NCBI GenBank assembly: GCA_964016885.1 | Contig: OZ024742.1 | Coordinates: 229,648,001 to 229,712,000 of the forward strand | DNA length: 64,000 nucleotides | DNA from: Eledone cirrhosa | Taxonomy: Eukaryota | Direction of reading: 5' to 3' | Shown here: positions 19,957-34,989 of the stretch, piece by piece | Numbering within the stretch: the first letter of the stretch is position 1 | How the letters are laid out: every line of letters starts with the position of its first letter | Notes under the pieces: model-generated | Told to the model about the DNA's origin: nothing | Seen by the model: only the letters and a program-made list of their open reading frames with translations | The model's database searches: none | Made by a program: the position numbers and the translations under genes

Positions 19957-20824
19957 GTAATAATAATAAATTTGACGACTAAAATCCAAAGAGGGCTCGA
20001 TAAGGGTGAAAGCACCGATTCTTTGCTTAAACTTTAATCTGTTATTTTAATAAATATATATATGCATATATATATATATATATATATATATAATGCAAAC
20101 AGGTTAATATGCGTGAGGTTAAGTATGTGTATGTGTGTGTGTGTACGTACGTAAGTATGTATCGAACGTATGTATGTGTAAATGTGCGTATGTATATAAG
20201 CATGTATATTTTATGTCTCTCTTTTATGTTTTTTTATGTTTTTATTATATTTCTTTTATTATATTTCTTTTTATTTCTAAATTTATAGATACATTTTTAT
20301 AAATATGCTGAGTCTGACACCCTCCTTTAATTACTTACTCACTTACCTCCTTTTAATTCTGCATCTAGATGTAAGTGTGTGTGGCCGTGTTTATGTGTGC
20401 GCCTCAATATCCATATAGTTATAATAATAATATATACGTATGTGTGTGTGTGCGTGTGTATATATATGTGTGTTCGTAGGTATGTGTGTGTTTATGTATA
20501 TATGCGTGTGTGTGTATGAATGTATGTATATGTGTGTATATATGTATGTATATATATATATGTATATGTATGTATATTTTGTCTGTGGATTATAAACATA
20601 CAGAGACATTAGCCCTAAATTTTTATATTTACATACACTTTTTCGACATGCGTATGCATGTGAACATACATTTTTATGCATATCTGTGAACGAAGTTACT
20701 TACATATATACACACACCTAACTGTATTTTCTTGATGAATGTTTATGTATTTCATTGGTCTATTTAAAATCTGTTCCCAAACAGACCTGTAATTTTGAAT
20801 TGTTGTTATTATCAATAAATATAC

Positions 20825-20967
20825 TTCATTATTTCTGAAGACAGCATATATATGTGATGGTATGTATATTCTCCTTGATAGTTTGTATAATTTTGTACAT
20901 AGATCTTTTGAATATGCATGCCAATTCTAACACATATATGTTCTAGAAACGATCGTTAAATAATGAA
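20825..20967 (+). ncRNA. Hammerhead ribozyme type I with about 100-nt stem-loop II
   Basis: UUCAUUAUUU-CUGAAGA-[cagcauauauaugug...cacauauauguucua]-GAAA-CGAUCG-UU-AAAUAAUGAA; perfect 10-bp stem I. Confidence 0.8.
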
Positions 20968-21021
20968 CTTTTTTTGTTTAATATAAGGAACTGTTTCTTT
21001 GTTTTATTCATTATTTTTTAA

Positions 21022-21756
<735 letters not shown>

Positions 21757-24700
21757 TTCATGAGACAGGTAGATCGGCACAGATCTTTAAAGGGTGATAT
21801 AGAATGTCTAAGCCAGTATTTTCAGATTATGTACTGCGGCATGACCATGTGCCGCTTTTGTCCCATGGGAACAACAAAAATATCTTTTTAGCCGAGTCGG
21901 AAAATGCAAGGATATTTATAAAAGTTTGAATATTATTAAAGTATCACACTGATGCATGTGTATTCCCACTTGGAAAATGATAATAATGTGTGCGTTAATC
22001 TGCTTTTAAAAATGGATTTAACTCACGCTAGTTATGTAATAGCATTTCTAAAAAATACTGTTTGTTACTATAACACTTTTAATTCTTTATTCAACGCGTT
22101 GTGAATCGCAAAAAGCGTAAAATATATCTGTTACAAGTGTATTTCATTATATTTCTCTATAGTATTGCTATAAATATAGTTAAATATATTTCCCAAGTGT
22201 TGTATCCACATAGTTATGGATACGTGATAAATAGGGACATTTTCCCCCATAAAATATTTACGGTAATTGCTTGTGTCTCTAAACCATTCCCATACTTTAT
22301 GAGATACCGACAAATACCATTTATGGACAGTAAATGTTGAGTAAATGATATACTCCATGAAGAACTTGAAATCGTGTCCGAATCTGCAATTATTATGCCC
22401 TACCATTTTTGTTTTACTTTGAATCATTACTCAGGTCTTAAGCCCATCAAATAAAATATACGCTATATATTTCATATTCTCAAAGTTATACCCATACTCA
22501 TCCATCGTGACACTTTGTAATGTGGCATTGGTTATTAGGATCTAATTATTTTTCTTTCGTTGAAGTTTCATACACAAACCGTTGTTAAAAGGACTACAAG
22601 TTCTATATAAAGATTTACATTTACCTTCCATACAGACGGGTAAATACGCACGGACGAAAAGGAGGAGAACGAAAGTGACATAAGAGAAGCCTGACGGAAA
22701 TCTCTCTCTTTATTTTGAAGGAGGATAGCTTTTTGTTTGGGATATTTGAGAATGCAAGTTTAATGTTGGACCGACCGATCTGTTGCTCATCAGAATGGTA
22801 TTGTGTATCAAGCTGTGAGAGAGAAGAGGTGATGTGATAGGGGAATTAATTAAAAGTCAGATGTGGAGAAAGAAAACAGACTATGTTAAAATTATATAGA
22901 GAGATCTCTGATACAAAAACACATGTAGCTGAAAAAGAGCTGAATTTGGTGGAGAGGTCGACAGCTGTTAGATGAATACATTGCTTACTTCGAATGAACG
23001 AAAAGAAGAACCTTTTCGCGAACGCCTGGAAAACACAATTGTGAACAATATTAAACGAGGCAATATTCGACCATTTTGGCTATTTGTCTGTTCGATTATA
23101 TTTATATATAACAACAGTATAAACACGCGTGATTACACCATTGGATCGTGATTTCGATTCCCTTGCCGTCTAGTTACTTCCTTGCAGAACACAATTTATA
23201 TTATGAAGGTCCAGTCTACTCAGATTTTAATATGTTTTGCGCCGACACTCTTGTCAAACTGAATTGGCTTTCACCTTTCTCTTAGACAACATCAGATCAT
23301 AGAGAAAGGAGTCTTATGTACATGAGTAACCGCCGGAGGTCTAAAAAACAATCTGATCTGTACAAGTTTGCACCTTGCCTTCAGGACGAAAATCGCAGAT
23401 GCAGAGGCATGGCCAATCATAATAGTACGCTTAGAAACCTCGACTACAAAAACGTCTATTTAGCAGTTTATACGCCTTAGATTTGAAGAATGAATACTTT
23501 TTGCTTGATTTAAATCCAGTCAGATGTTACCAAGTGCAATCAATTGTTATTTTATTAATCTTTGCGATTTGAAAACAATATCGGTAGCTGAACGCTATCA
23601 CAATGTGCTTTTTCAAGATTGATATATTCATCTCTATGCTAGTATGTTTATATTTTTATATATTTTCTTTTTATTATCGTTAACAGATAATTGTGGTCCT
23701 TTTTGTTAATTTTAATATTTCACTAAAGACACTTGTATCAGATGAATATTTTTTAGATTCACAATTGAAGCTCATAATCATCAAAGGTATTATGTTTATT
23801 AATGGCAATATCTTTGAAAGTTGCATTCTTTTGTCAAACCAATGTAAAACTGTTAAATCGAACAAATTATATTATAAAACATTTTTCAGAACAGGAGAGA
23901 AAAATGAATTAGGAAAAGTTACAATATGCTAACTCATACTTTTAATTCATATTTAGCTTTTTTTGTTTATCATGCATTCAATAGTTACGATGTTCAATAC
24001 CAAATACATTATTTTCATAATGTCTTTGGTGTTGAATATTTTAAAAAAACAACAACAAAACATGAATATGCGGAAGAATTAGAGCTAATTACACAAAGTA
24101 ACATGGAGTAAAAATTATATTTGGTTTTATTCTTGAAGAAACCTGAAACAAAATCAATTTTTTTTTTTATTAAATTTCTGCTCATGTGAGCATGTTAAGT
24201 ATTCAAATGAGTTATTCACCAATTCAATATGATTACATTTTTCTTTAGGTTTTGATCTGAAATGTAATGGAGCATACATATTATATTATATTATATTACA
24301 TATTATTATACTATAATACATCATATCATGTAGTTCACACTGTGTGACTGACAGGTTGCAAATGAAACAGTTTTTGTTTTGAACGAATTAAATATCATAT
24401 TTTCTTCCATCAACATTAGATAGACAAAATATATAGTAATAATGAGCCGATCGGCTATCTTTGAAATCAAAGACCACAAAGAAAAGAAATGCTTCATAGT
24501 TGACTTATCAATCCCAGCATACAACAATATATCTTTGAAGGAAATGGAAAAATATCTACAAATAAATATCTGGAGATAAGACAGCCTGAATGAGGATGAT
24601 GAAAGCAGAAACAATCCCTATAGTAATAGACGCGCTTTGAATAAAAACAACAACAAAAACATACAAAAAAAAATTATACCTACACACACACAACCAAAAT

Positions 24701-24897
24701 AAATACGGCATACAGAAAATAGTACTAATAAGTGCTGCACAGATATTTTGAAGCGTACCTTCAATACAAAAGAAACAGCAACATCAACAACAACACTCCA
24801 TACATTCTATGCCGACAAAGCTGTACTCAGTTATGCAGTAACCGCAGACAATAAAAAATGACTACTACTACTACTACTACTACTATTAGTAATGATA

Positions 24898-25035
24898 ATA
24901 ATTGTTTCTACTTTTGGCATAAGGCCAGCAATTACCGCGTGCATTACTGGTACTTTATTTTATCGACCCAGTAAGGATGAAAGGCAAAGTTAACCTCGGC
25001 GGGATTTGAACTCAGAATGGCAAGGGCCGTAACTC
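24898..25035 (-). mobile_element. tRNA-derived SINE (same family as 10217)
   Basis: B-box and gcctttcatccttactgggtcgataa core on the minus strand. Confidence 0.8.
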
Positions 25036-25054
25036 TATGCGTCAAAGCATGATA

Positions 25055-25760
25055 GTTATAGTTTGACTTATTGGTCACAAGGACCGACATATAGGGGACA
25101 ATACAAAAGACGGAGACAATGGGAGTTTTAAATACAAATCGAGTAAAAAATAAGAAAACAATAACAATAAACAAGAAAAATACAACGATGAAAAATGCCC
25201 CAATAGGGGGTTAACCACCTAGGGTCCACTCAGGTTCCCTACCAATCCTGATCCACCCGACGCTTCGAGGGCACCTCCTCTCCTCCTCAAATTCACCAGC
25301 CTACTCACACGGGTTATTCTCGCCACATACACCCAACTTTAGCAAATATACTGCGGGGAAGCACTTCTCTCTCCATCCTCACCTTCCTTTCCTAGTGAAA
25401 CTTGAAAACTTTGACGAGGGATTGGCCGAAAAGAAAAGTATCTCTCTTCAGTCCTTTCAACCTGGTCTACCATACAATCTGTTTCGCTACTGCCACCAGA
25501 CAGCAGAACATTGCTTGCCCTTCCTGGCAAAAAGGCTGGGTCCATATCCACAATGGACTTGGACAGTAGTTGGATCCGTTCTACACGCGACAACAGCTGT
25601 TCGACATAATTCACAAGTCAGTAATGCACGGACACTGGACTAGTGCGTGCAGAACGGTTTCGTCGTTCTGCGCGCATCTCGGGCAGTTCCGTCTGACTGT
25701 ACTTCCGTGCCTGTAAAGTTTATCTAGAACCGGCAGTGACCCACCCTCCCCTGGATGAGT
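25055..25760 (-). mobile_element. L1/Tx1-type LINE 3' fragment
   Basis: C-terminal zinc finger CPRCAQNDETVLHALVQC at about 25635-25686 on the minus strand, followed by a pyrimidine-rich 3' UTR. Confidence 0.8.
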
Positions 25761-26139
25761 GACTAAAATAAAATTTTGTACATATACATTTAAGGATATT
25801 GTATCTATTATATTTCATTAGGAGAAGAGTTATAGCTAAGTATTTGCGCTAATACGAATATTAAATCAATTACTGTCAACAGTGTCATCACTATGTTACC
25901 TCAACTTATATTTTTTCTATCGCAAATCTTGAGAATAATTTTTATCCTGGAAAACTGTAAGTCCGGTATTGAAAAAACAAAAATCACAAGGGATTGACAC
26001 TCCCAAATTCACTATTTTCCTTTTACTTTGCTCCACTTTTCAAATTAAATGACACGACGGTTCAGTTATATTCAAATATTGTAAGCGCGTCCATTGAGAA
26101 TATCGTCTATGACAAACTACTCAGTTGCTCGCATGTGTG

Positions 26140-28500
26140 CATGCTGAACTCTGGGTCTTTCCGTTGGGAACAACCCCTAGTCCCCCCCTCTTTTGTGTAC
26201 ATCCATCCATTCACTCATTCATTTACTGTCATTCTACCTTCCTGTGCCTCCCCCTCCATGCAGCCCCTTTTCGCTCTCGTTTTCTGGCACCTCCATATAT
26301 ATAGGTGAGCTATGCTGCCCTCTTACCAGCACTTTCCCTTCCACACACACACACCAGCCACCCACCCCTGATTCCGCTCGGTGCCCCGGTCCCCGGTCCC
26401 ACGCCCACCCCCACTCCTCCAAATCGACACCTGCAGCACTTGCGGCACCACTAACAAACGGAAGAGGGTCTGGAACTGTTTGGGGTGCGGCTGCTTCCAC
26501 CACCTCACCTGCGTTGGCTTGTCTCGTCGAGCTTCTAATGCCCTCGCAGCGTGGAGGTGGAGTAGCTGCCTCTTCCCCACGTCTTCCCAGCCACGGCCGT
26601 CTGGCACACCACCAGATGGGACAGCGAGCTTGCCTGACGCCCGACCCTCGCTGGTCAACATCGCTCGGCTCAGGGGGCTCCGGAAGGTCCTACTCAGGAT
26701 CCCGAGAGCGGCACGGGTGCCGGTAGCCGATGCCCTCGCTTCCTCGATTGAGAGCGCCCTAGACTCCAATCGAGCCAGTGACTGGGAGCGGCTGTTCTAT
26801 TTCGCCCCACTCGTCCTCGGCCTCCCAACTCTGGCGCTGACCGGGGCGGACGGTCAATAGCAGCCTTCGTCAAGGCCAATGTCTCGTCATTTGGGCGAGC
26901 GCCCATTCCAAGCGTGCCCAGGGACGCCACACACCCCAGCCTCAGGTACACCCTATCCTCAACCCCCGTGAGCAGCGCCAAGCGTTTGCGTGACCAGGTA
27001 AACGCAAAGCTTATCATGGGTGATGTCTCGGCCGCAGTCAGAGTTGTTGCCTCAGAGGACATTGTCCTCCAACCCACCGAGGAGATCCTGATTGCTCTGC
27101 GGTTCAAACACCCTCAGCCACCAACTGACCCATACCACCACTCGACCCCCACCTGCTCCTTGTGGCTACTGATGCAGATATCATGTCCGCCATCAGGTCC
27201 TTCCCAGCTAGCAGCTGCGGAGGTGTTGATGGTCCCAACCAGGCCACCTCAAGGAGTTGACATCCCCCCTCTCCGAGCCGACGGGGCTAGATTGACGGCC
27301 ACACAGCTCTCTTTCTGCTGAGGAACTGCTTCGCCATGCCGAAGCTCCTCTATACACTCCGAGGCGCTCCATGCTACAGCCAGACATCTCCCCTCGCTGA
27401 CCTCGATACTTGTATCCGAGCAGCAGCCGAGGGGATATGCAACGTCAAGTTTGACGACATAGGGTGGCAACAGGCCACTTTACCGGCCAGGTATGGCGGC
27501 CTAGGCCTCCGGTCCCCGATCTCGCTAGCTTTGCCGGCGTATCTTTCGTCGGTAACCTCGTGCCGCGTCCTCGTCAACAGGATTCTTCAAAACACAACAG
27601 AACCCTCTGTGTTCAGGGAACGTGAAGCCGCCTGTTAGACGTGGGACCGGCTGGGACTTATCCCAGTAGACGTCCCTCCCTCTTCTCCCCTTGTTGACGT
27701 CAACTCCCCTCAACGCACTTGGGATACCATCCAGTGCAGCCTGGCCTCAGACAGGCTCACGCGCCAGCTCGACCAGCACCGCCTTGCTTGTTTTCGTGCG
27801 GCCTCCAAACCCCACAGTGGTGCCTAGCTCCATGCTCTGCCCTCCTCCACTGGCACGCAGCTAGACAACCATAGCCTGCGAATCAGCGTTTCCCTGAGTC
27901 TCGGCCTCCGGATCTGCCAGCCACACCAATGTCGCTGCGGTTCCACCGTGGACTCTTGCGTCCTCCACCCGCGTTCCTGTCGCCACAGTGCAGGCCGCAA
28001 TCCACGCCATACTGCCCTCAGCGAGGTCATTAAGCATGGCTTGGACGCTGCAGGCTTCCCTTCCCAGCTCGAGCCGGTGGGGCTGGATCGAGGGGATGGC
28101 AAAAGGCCAAATGGCATTACCATCTTCCCGTTTGGTGGCAAACCCCTCGTCTGGGATGCCACTTGCACCGACACTTTCTGCAGCCGCAACCTGGTGCAGT
28201 CTGCGACTGACCCAGGTTCTGCTGCACGTCGGGCTGAGGGGGCCAAACTCCTCAAATACCGGTCGCTCTCCGACAGGTTTGCGGTCGTTCCTCTGGCAGT
28301 GGAAACTTCTGGTGTCCTCGGCCCCAGGGCTACCTTATTCACCACCATAGGCGCTGAGCTGGCCAGCCGTAGGTGTGAGCCCCGCGAGTTGGAGTGGCTT
28401 TTCCAGCGCGTCTCCCTTGCCGTCCTCCGGGGAAACGCCTTCTCCATTCTATCCGCCGGGGTTGTGGGTGGGCCCCATCGCGTACCAATACATTATTTAA
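26140..28500 (+). mobile_element. CRE-like non-LTR retrotransposon (RLE type), decayed, RT core deleted
   Basis: N-terminal PHD-like finger; VLLRIPRAAR; L..KHP; LLRNCFAMPKLLYTLR; QATLPARYGGLGLR; CRCG..VD...H...C zinc finger; EPVGLDRGDGKRPNG...LVWDATCTDT restriction-like endonuclease. Confidence 0.88.
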
Positions 28501-29215
28501 ATACCATTCTTTCATCTCATACGTATATATAACATATATCCATTTATTATTTCAGTTGTGGTTTTTAGCGTTGATAATATTTTTGTTGCAACGTAAATTA
28601 GATATAACATGAAATATAAGGTATGTTGTTTTTTTCACTTAAATATAATAATGTTATTGCTGTCCTATTGTTGTATCGGTAATGTTTCAAAAGTGATAAT
28701 TAGTGCATTACAGTAAACCCGAGCAACTAAAGTAAACATCATCAGATCAAAATAACTAATCTGATTAATCATATATAACAATCTCTTTCACACTTCTACC
28801 TTTCTTTGTTAGTTTTCTTAAGTTTCTCTACTAATGTGATGAACGTGTTTATCTCTTCTCCGCCATTTATTGTAATGGTTTACATTTTTAACACGTTATC
28901 TTATTTTCTTCTTGCCTTTTTTCCCTTTATTTCAGTCACGTTTGACTTGTTATGAGATGTACCGGACATTTTCCCTAACTCGTATGTGTTTTGTTGCTTA
29001 CTGGCTATAAATGAATGTTTTGTCTCTCGCCTCTTATTCCTTCAATGATGTTTGGCATTTGTCTAAGGCTGTGACAGAGGATGGGCTAGCAGAACGGTTG
29101 GTAGGGGTAGAAACTGCCCAGGTCCATCTCAACGGCCGTCAATTTTAAGGTTTCCCCTTAAAAAATTGCTTTTCGTTTTCTTTGGTTTCTGTTCGTTGTG
29201 TTGCCCTTTATATGT

Positions 29216-29345
<130 letters not shown>

Positions 29346-29459
29346 ATATATATATTTATAAACATTCTGCTTGTCGACAAATAAAATTATGTGTACATAT
29401 TAGCTTAATTGCCAAAAGTTATTGTTTTGTTTTGTCTCTTACTCCTCCGACAACGCGCC

Positions 29460-30430
29460 TTCTTCTTCTTCGCTCACTTATTCCGGTCAGGTTCGTGGGC
29501 GCAGGGTCCTCAATCACTTATGCCAGCAGGTCCTGTCACAAGCAACCGTCTCGAACTGACCAGGGATCCCCAAGCGAGACCAGCCAGGGAATTGAATGTT
29601 ATTTCACGGACATGCTTGGGGGTCTACCCCTGGGTCTCCTACCAGTTTGTTTTTCCCTTAAAGTCTGTCCAGCCATTCTTTCCTAAGACATTCTAACCCC
29701 ACTCATACGTATAGACACACCAGGGCAGACGATTGATCCCATATTCCTGCAGAACATTCCATTACAGGTCCCGAGAAACGCGGTCATATGCCCTTTCAAG
29801 GACGACAAACAAGAATATATCTCTAGGCAATACTCCCACGATTCTCGAAGATCTGCCGCATTGTGAATATTTATTTGGTTGGCTGTGCTGTGTCCATCAG
29901 CTTGCTTGGACTCAACAATCTCCTTGCATCTTTTTGCCAGACATTTAGCATTGACTTTACCGGGGAGACTTAACAAGGAGATCACTCTGTATTTCGAACA
30001 ATCTCCTTTGTCTCGCATTTTGAAAATCGGGATTATCACACCATGGCTTAAGTTCCTTTCCAGAGATCCAGGCCACCCGGCACATATGCGTCAGCCAGAG
30101 AATACCTTCTCTATTTAAGGTATTTAACACCTCGGGCAGAATTTCATCCGCCCCTGCGGCTTTGCCACATTTGAGCTCTTTAACTGGTCTTGTGACCTCA
30201 GCCTCTGAGAGATGAATTACCGCTCCAAGATATACCTCTTGTACATCCCAAGATGTTGTTGTGATCGGGTTTAGATCAACAAAATATTCTCTCCACCCTG
30301 TGACGATATACATTTCTGAAGAGAGAAGAACCCCAGACGCTTTCTTGATAGCATGTGTGACGGAGGGCTTCTTATTACGAAGTCGGCGGATGGTTTGCCA
30401 GAATACTTTATTTGCTGATCTGAAGTAAGA
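29460..30430 (-). mobile_element. RTE-clade LINE fragment with internal deletions
   Basis: FWQTIRRLR, KAAGADEILPE, IIPIFK..DKGDCSKYRVISLLSLPGKV motifs. Confidence 0.85.
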
Positions 30431-33400
30431 TTCCAGATTAACAACAAAGTCTTTAAAAATGAAAAAGTATAAATGTTTCGCCAATATAACAACGTAGGAA
30501 AAGAACAAACGATTCAACAAAATATTTGCATGAGTCAAACATATTGTCAAAGAATGGAAGGAATTTTTTTGAATGCCACGCAAAACTTCATCGATCTAAA
30601 CATCAGCTTCATAGATCAAAACAAAATTACTTCTAAAAAGTAGGTATTTTTGAGAAATGATTCAATTATGAATTGATAGAAGCCTACATCATTAGCCCCC
30701 AAAGATTCTCTCTGATTTGAGGTAAAACTAATTGACAATCAGTAGTTTTTCTCTTAATTCCACCCACTCTCCTCTGATATCAACACAATACGGTCGCATA
30801 TTTGCGTGAGACTACTCTCAGGCCAGGCTCATATCTGCATGGTTCTCCGATGCAGTCCACAACCAGGTCTTGACAAGCCTCTCTCTATCTTCCTACGTCC
30901 TCCATTCTGGCTTCACATGACTCCCCCCTCCCCACCACCTGTAATTCAAAGTAACAATCTTGACACGTACAGTTCCATACTGAATCACCATGAGCATTAC
31001 GTTAATGGTATATATATCTATGGAATTCTCAACGAATTGCACATTAATTTCACGAGCAGACTGTCCCATTAGTCGAATAATTGGAACACTCATCGTCGAA
31101 ACGGAAGGAAGTTCATTTACCTTTACATGTTTTATATATATATAAATAAGATAGAGTGAGGTAAAATACCAGGTGGAGCATAGCCCACCAGAGTACTCGA
31201 TACTTGGGCTAATAGCATCGGTAATATGGTGGGTCCTGAATCTTTTCATATATATATATATATATATATATATTACAGGTAAAGACATAGATACGAATAC
31301 AGTTGTATATATAGAAACGACTTCTACGGAACTAGAATTGCTTCATTCGTAAGAAATTGTCACAACGACTTTTACTATAAAACCAAACACCACCTGCTTG
31401 ACTTCATACTTATATTGCAACTATACACATCTGATCTAGACAAAAAATCTAAAAAAAAGTTCTCTAGTATTATTTGAATCCAACCGAAATTTCTAATCAC
31501 TCAGATACTGTTATATACTAGAAATCATTATTTTACACACTTTGGTCATGTTGGGGCGTCAGTTTCAATTTTTTTATAAATCATATCGACACCAGTGATT
31601 TAGGAAGTTAGCTATTATTTTATCAATCCAGTTTTACGAACCGCTAGTTTACGGGACAAACGCAATGAGCGACTGTAAAAAACGGCACACACGCAACTAC
31701 ACGTAAACACTTATATTACTCCAACTGTATTTCATTAAAAAAGTAATGGTCAATCAGAACCTATGACGAAGGCATCGCAAGAAATGGAACTCACGACATT
31801 ACGATCGTGTAAACGTGGACTTGAAATGAATACAACACGACTTTATATAGTGCCTTAGTATTTATTCCCGCTCACTAAGCTCTTAGTTCAAATCTCACGT
31901 TTACATTTCTTCATTTTGTGATCGATAAATACAGTACTATTAGTTATGTCTATTTTCCCTCTCTATTACCTTTTCTTTTTCATAGAAATCTGTTGTGTCG
32001 AGATCTGGTGATGGATGGATTCTGCCAGGTTTTAAATGCCCCAAATACGTCGTGAGTGATGACGGTTCATCAATGAATCCGCCAAGCGTTAACGGCTCTT
32101 TCCTTTCCTTTCAATAAGATGTAATTTCCAATATTTTTATTTGTGTAAATCATTTTATTTCACATTTAGGTTTTAATGACGACGTTAAACAGTAATTTAC
32201 ACACACAGAAAATATAAATATACACCCCGTCCCCTCAAAAAAAATATACCGTAAAACGTGCAATATATGATTTTCATATATCAAATATAATTTTAAAATG
32301 GATCTGTATGTAGAATAATGTTTATAGTATAGGAGTAGACTGATGAGAAACATTAAGAAAATATATATTAGCACTAAATTGATATTTTAGTGTAAGTCTT
32401 CGTGTTTATGATGCAAAGAGATAGTAATATATTGTAACTCAGGTAAAGTAGCTTCTCGCTTCTCTGAGTGAATAGTATGTAGATTCATGAATACCATTGA
32501 TTGATTTTTTTTTTTATTATTAATGTATTATGACTAAGCTATAATGTAGGCAATGTATTTTATTAGTTTCAAACATTTTGTATCACACCAATTAGAATTA
32601 ATCTCACCAATACTGGTGAGACGGGCATTGCTGAAGGGTAAAGTAGTCCAATTCACAATCATATAATCCCAGGTTCAATCCCACAGCATGACATCTCAGG
32701 CAAATGTCTTCATCATACCAAGGTCGCGTGAATAACATCGGGTAGATGTCTCCCTGGATGGGACACACCCCTTCGCAAGGCTAACTTCCAGCTACTGCTG
32801 GTTGTGAATTTCACCTGGGTGGACGAGATCAAAATGAAATAAAGTATTTTGATGAAAGACAATACGGACATCACTACCCAGTCTGAGAATTGAACACATT
32901 TATTATTGTGCTGACAACACGCCACCAAATAGGCCACATGCCTTCAAATTTCTCTAGACCGAACAATTCAAAATGAATGTTATAAGAGAAATTAGAATAT
33001 GTTGAACTGCTTAAAGAATGTAGAGCGATGGATTGGAAGAGTTATGAGAGCGTCGGATAAAAACGCTATGTAGTATTTAGTCACGGGACTTTTCGTTCTG
33101 AGTTCAAATACTCGAGAGGTCAGATATAGTTCTCATCTTTCTAGAGTCGATATAATAGAAAACTAGTAAAGTATTTGGGTTGATTTAATTGAGTTTCCCC
33201 CAAATTACGGTCATTGTACCTATGCTACAAACAATTATTTAGAGTTGCTTATCAAATTATTAATTCTAAAACAAATATCTATATTTAACCAAAATCCTCA
33301 GCTCTTATGTCAGCAAATACGAAATTGATTATTTATTTTAACGCCAACACGTTTGAGAAGAAAGAATTCGACATTTACACACAAGATGAGATCTTAGCAC

Positions 33401-33605
33401 ATATTAACTTCATCTATAGACAATATAATCATATTAGCAACAGGACTAGCGTAACGTGTTTCAATCATTATTTTTTTAAAGTGTGGTAGTAATTACATCA
33501 ATTCCTTTTTGTCGGACTGCTATGTAGCACGACATAAATACACATACAAACTTAAACACACACACACACACCACAAACACACACACACACACACACACAT
33601 TATGC

Positions 33606-33704
33606 ATAACTATAAATATATATATATAACTATAAATATATATATAACTATAAATATATATATATAACTATAAATATATATATATAACTATAAATATATA
33701 TATA
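33606..33704. repeat. 20-bp minisatellite (ataactataaatatatatat) x about 5
   Basis: Direct reading. Confidence 0.9.
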
Positions 33705-33815
33705 TTGTAATATAATGAAACGAAATTTCATTTCTCACTCTTAGTACGGCACTTACTTAAATGTAAGTATGTATGTATACGTACATACATATATGTATAC
33801 AGACGTACAGTAGCA

Positions 33816-33871
<56 letters not shown>

Positions 33872-34020
33872 CAGGTACACATATATATATGTACGTATCA
33901 GTTTAGCGGACGTTTATTATAACGGCCGCTTTGTCCGTTTGTAAACAAACGGACAGCCTGATTTATGCCGTACGGTGTTAAGGCAACCACGTCACCTTTT
34001 TGTTCGACACTGACACAGGA

Positions 34021-34063
34021 ACGATGTACTAGTTTCAAGCTTCTTAGCTATCATCAGCACCGT
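34021..34063 (-). ncRNA. Minimal type I hammerhead ribozyme (family A)
   Basis: Minus strand ACGGUG-CUGAUGA-UAGCU aaga AGCUU-GAAA-CUAG-UA-CAUCGU. Confidence 0.9.
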
Positions 34064-34137
34064 ATACCCTTCTGCCAGATGGTTGAACGTTCGAAAGTAT
34101 ATACTTTCCTTATGAAAATTAACGGCTGAGCAGCCTA

Positions 34138-34145
34138 ATTTGCAT
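34138..34145 (-). promoter_or_regulatory. Octamer motif ATGCAAAT, present in each complete family A and C monomer
   Basis: Exact octamer upstream of the HHR on the ribozyme strand; conserved at 7900 and 51847 despite divergence. Function is inferred. Confidence 0.5.
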
Positions 34146-34300
34146 ATCGAGTGAGTTCAGTCGGCCAGGCGTACCGAAAACGATAAGTTGTAATATAATG
34201 AAACGAAATTTCATTTTTCACTCTTAGTACGGTACTTACTTAAATGTAAGTATGTATGTATACGTACATACATATATATTTATAAAGACGTACAGTAGCA

Positions 34301-34384
<84 letters not shown>

Positions 34385-34533
34385 CAGGTACACATATATA
34401 TATGTACGTATCAGTTTAGCGGACGTTTATTATAACGGCCGCTTTGTCCGTTTGTAAACAAACGGACAGCCTGATTTATGCCGTACGGTGTTAAGGCAAC
34501 CACGTCACCTTTTTGTTCGACACTGACACAGGA

Positions 34534-34576
34534 ACGATGTACTAGTTTCAAGCTTCTTAGCTAACATCAGCATCGT
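34534..34576 (-). ncRNA. Hammerhead ribozyme (family A), A9>U core mutant
   Basis: ACGAUG-CUGAUGU-UAGCU...AGCUU-GAAA-CUAG-UA-CAUCGU. Confidence 0.75.
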
Positions 34577-34905
34577 ATACCCTTCTGCCAGATGGTTGAA
34601 CGTTCGAAAGTATATACTTTCCTTATGAAAATTAACAGCTGAGCAGCCTAATTTGCATATCGAGTGAGTTCAGTCGGCCAGGCGTACCGAAAACGATAAA
34701 TTGTAATATAATGAAACGAAATTTCATTCCTCAATCTTAGTACGGCACTTACTTAAATGTAAGTATGTATGTATACGTACATACATATATGTATACAGAT
34801 GTACAGTAGCATGCATATATATATATATATATATATACAAGGTTTAGTAAATAATGAAAAAGTTTCAAGATAAATTTAAAAAAATTGACTTTACCTACTA
34901 TAGTT

Positions 34906-34989
34906 ACCTTTACCGATCGGTTTCGAATCCCAAAAATAAAACGGAGACCATACGGCCTTCGTTGCAAAGAGAGATTCTCGTCAGAAGGT
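34906..34989 (-). ncRNA. Type I hammerhead ribozyme (family B)
   Basis: ACCUU-CUGACGA-GAAUCUC...GGGAUUC-GAAA-CCGAUCGG-UA-AAGGU. Confidence 0.92.

Larger units (their letters stand above)
33705..34836 (-). repeat. HHR tandem repeat family A, left block (about 2.3 units, 480-515 bp)
   Basis: Unit start ttgtaatataatgaaacgaaatttc at 33705, 34188 and 34701; internal (TA)n of variable length; no ORF. Confidence 0.95.

Noticed and set aside
29070-29142. cagagga...acggccgtc as a degenerate HHR
   Set aside because: Both core halves deviate and stem I is absent.
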